Source: Squalus acanthias (taxonomy: Eukaryota). From it: DNA of 64,000 bases. Under the pieces are notes generated by a model, which had not been told where the DNA came from, did no database searches, and worked only from the letters and a program-made list of their open reading frames with translations. Location: NCBI GenBank assembly GCA_030390025.1, contig CM059432.1, forward strand, positions 20,710,001 to 20,774,000. The letters are read 5' to 3'. The position numbers and the translations under genes are program-made. This document shows, piece by piece, positions 63,703 to 64,000 of the stretch; the stretch's first letter is position 1, and each line of letters starts with the position of its first letter.

Positions 63703-64000
63703 AAAGAAAGATAGGCTTGCATTTATATAGCGCCTTTCATGACTGTCAGAATGTCGCAATAAAGTACTTTTGAAGTGTAGGAAACGTGACAGCCAATTTG
63801 CACACAGCAAGGTCCCACAAACAGCGACGAGATAATGACCAGATAATCTGTTTTATTGATGTTGGTTGATGGATAAATATTCAGCAGGATACCAGGGACA
63901 ACTCCTCTGCTCTTCTTTGATTAGTATCTTGGGATCATTTACATCCACCTGAGAGGCCAGAAAAGGCCCCGGTTTTAACATCTCATCTGAAAGATGGCAC
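63703..64000 (-). mobile_element. DeuSINE (SacSINE1-like), runs off window
   Basis: TTGCATTTATATAGCGCCTTTCA...CATCTCATCTGAAAGATGGCAC. Confidence 0.88.

Overview
Repeat-dense, apparently intergenic or intronic DNA from a vertebrate, most likely a cartilaginous fish (shark). This is inferred from an HE1/V-SINE, SacSINE1-like DeuSINEs and CR1 LINEs with (TTCTTATG)n or (TTCTATGA)n tails. No intact host gene, rRNA, tRNA gene or CRISPR array could be supported, and nearly all recognisable ORFs are decayed CR1/L2 endonuclease-reverse transcriptase pieces. The window is a layered record of nested insertions. It contains at least 10 PIF/Harbinger-type TIR elements (one keeps a Myb/SANT remnant), a young pogo/Tigger MITE, two ~200-bp solo LTRs with perfect 5-bp TSDs, Penelope-type pseudo-LTR fragments (one a near-perfect 87-bp-arm hairpin with a hammerhead-like core) and a Ty3/Gypsy gag fragment patched into a LINE. 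The most unusual items are a single-ORF LINE starting with a tRNA-like Pol III head plus its head-tail deletion derivative, an unidentified decayed coding region (~15.8-17.4 kb, minus strand), a degenerate ~43-bp array, a fully palindromic 200-bp element and LF-SINE/AmnSINE2-like ancient SINEs. Family names are from memory and boundaries of old fragments are approximate.
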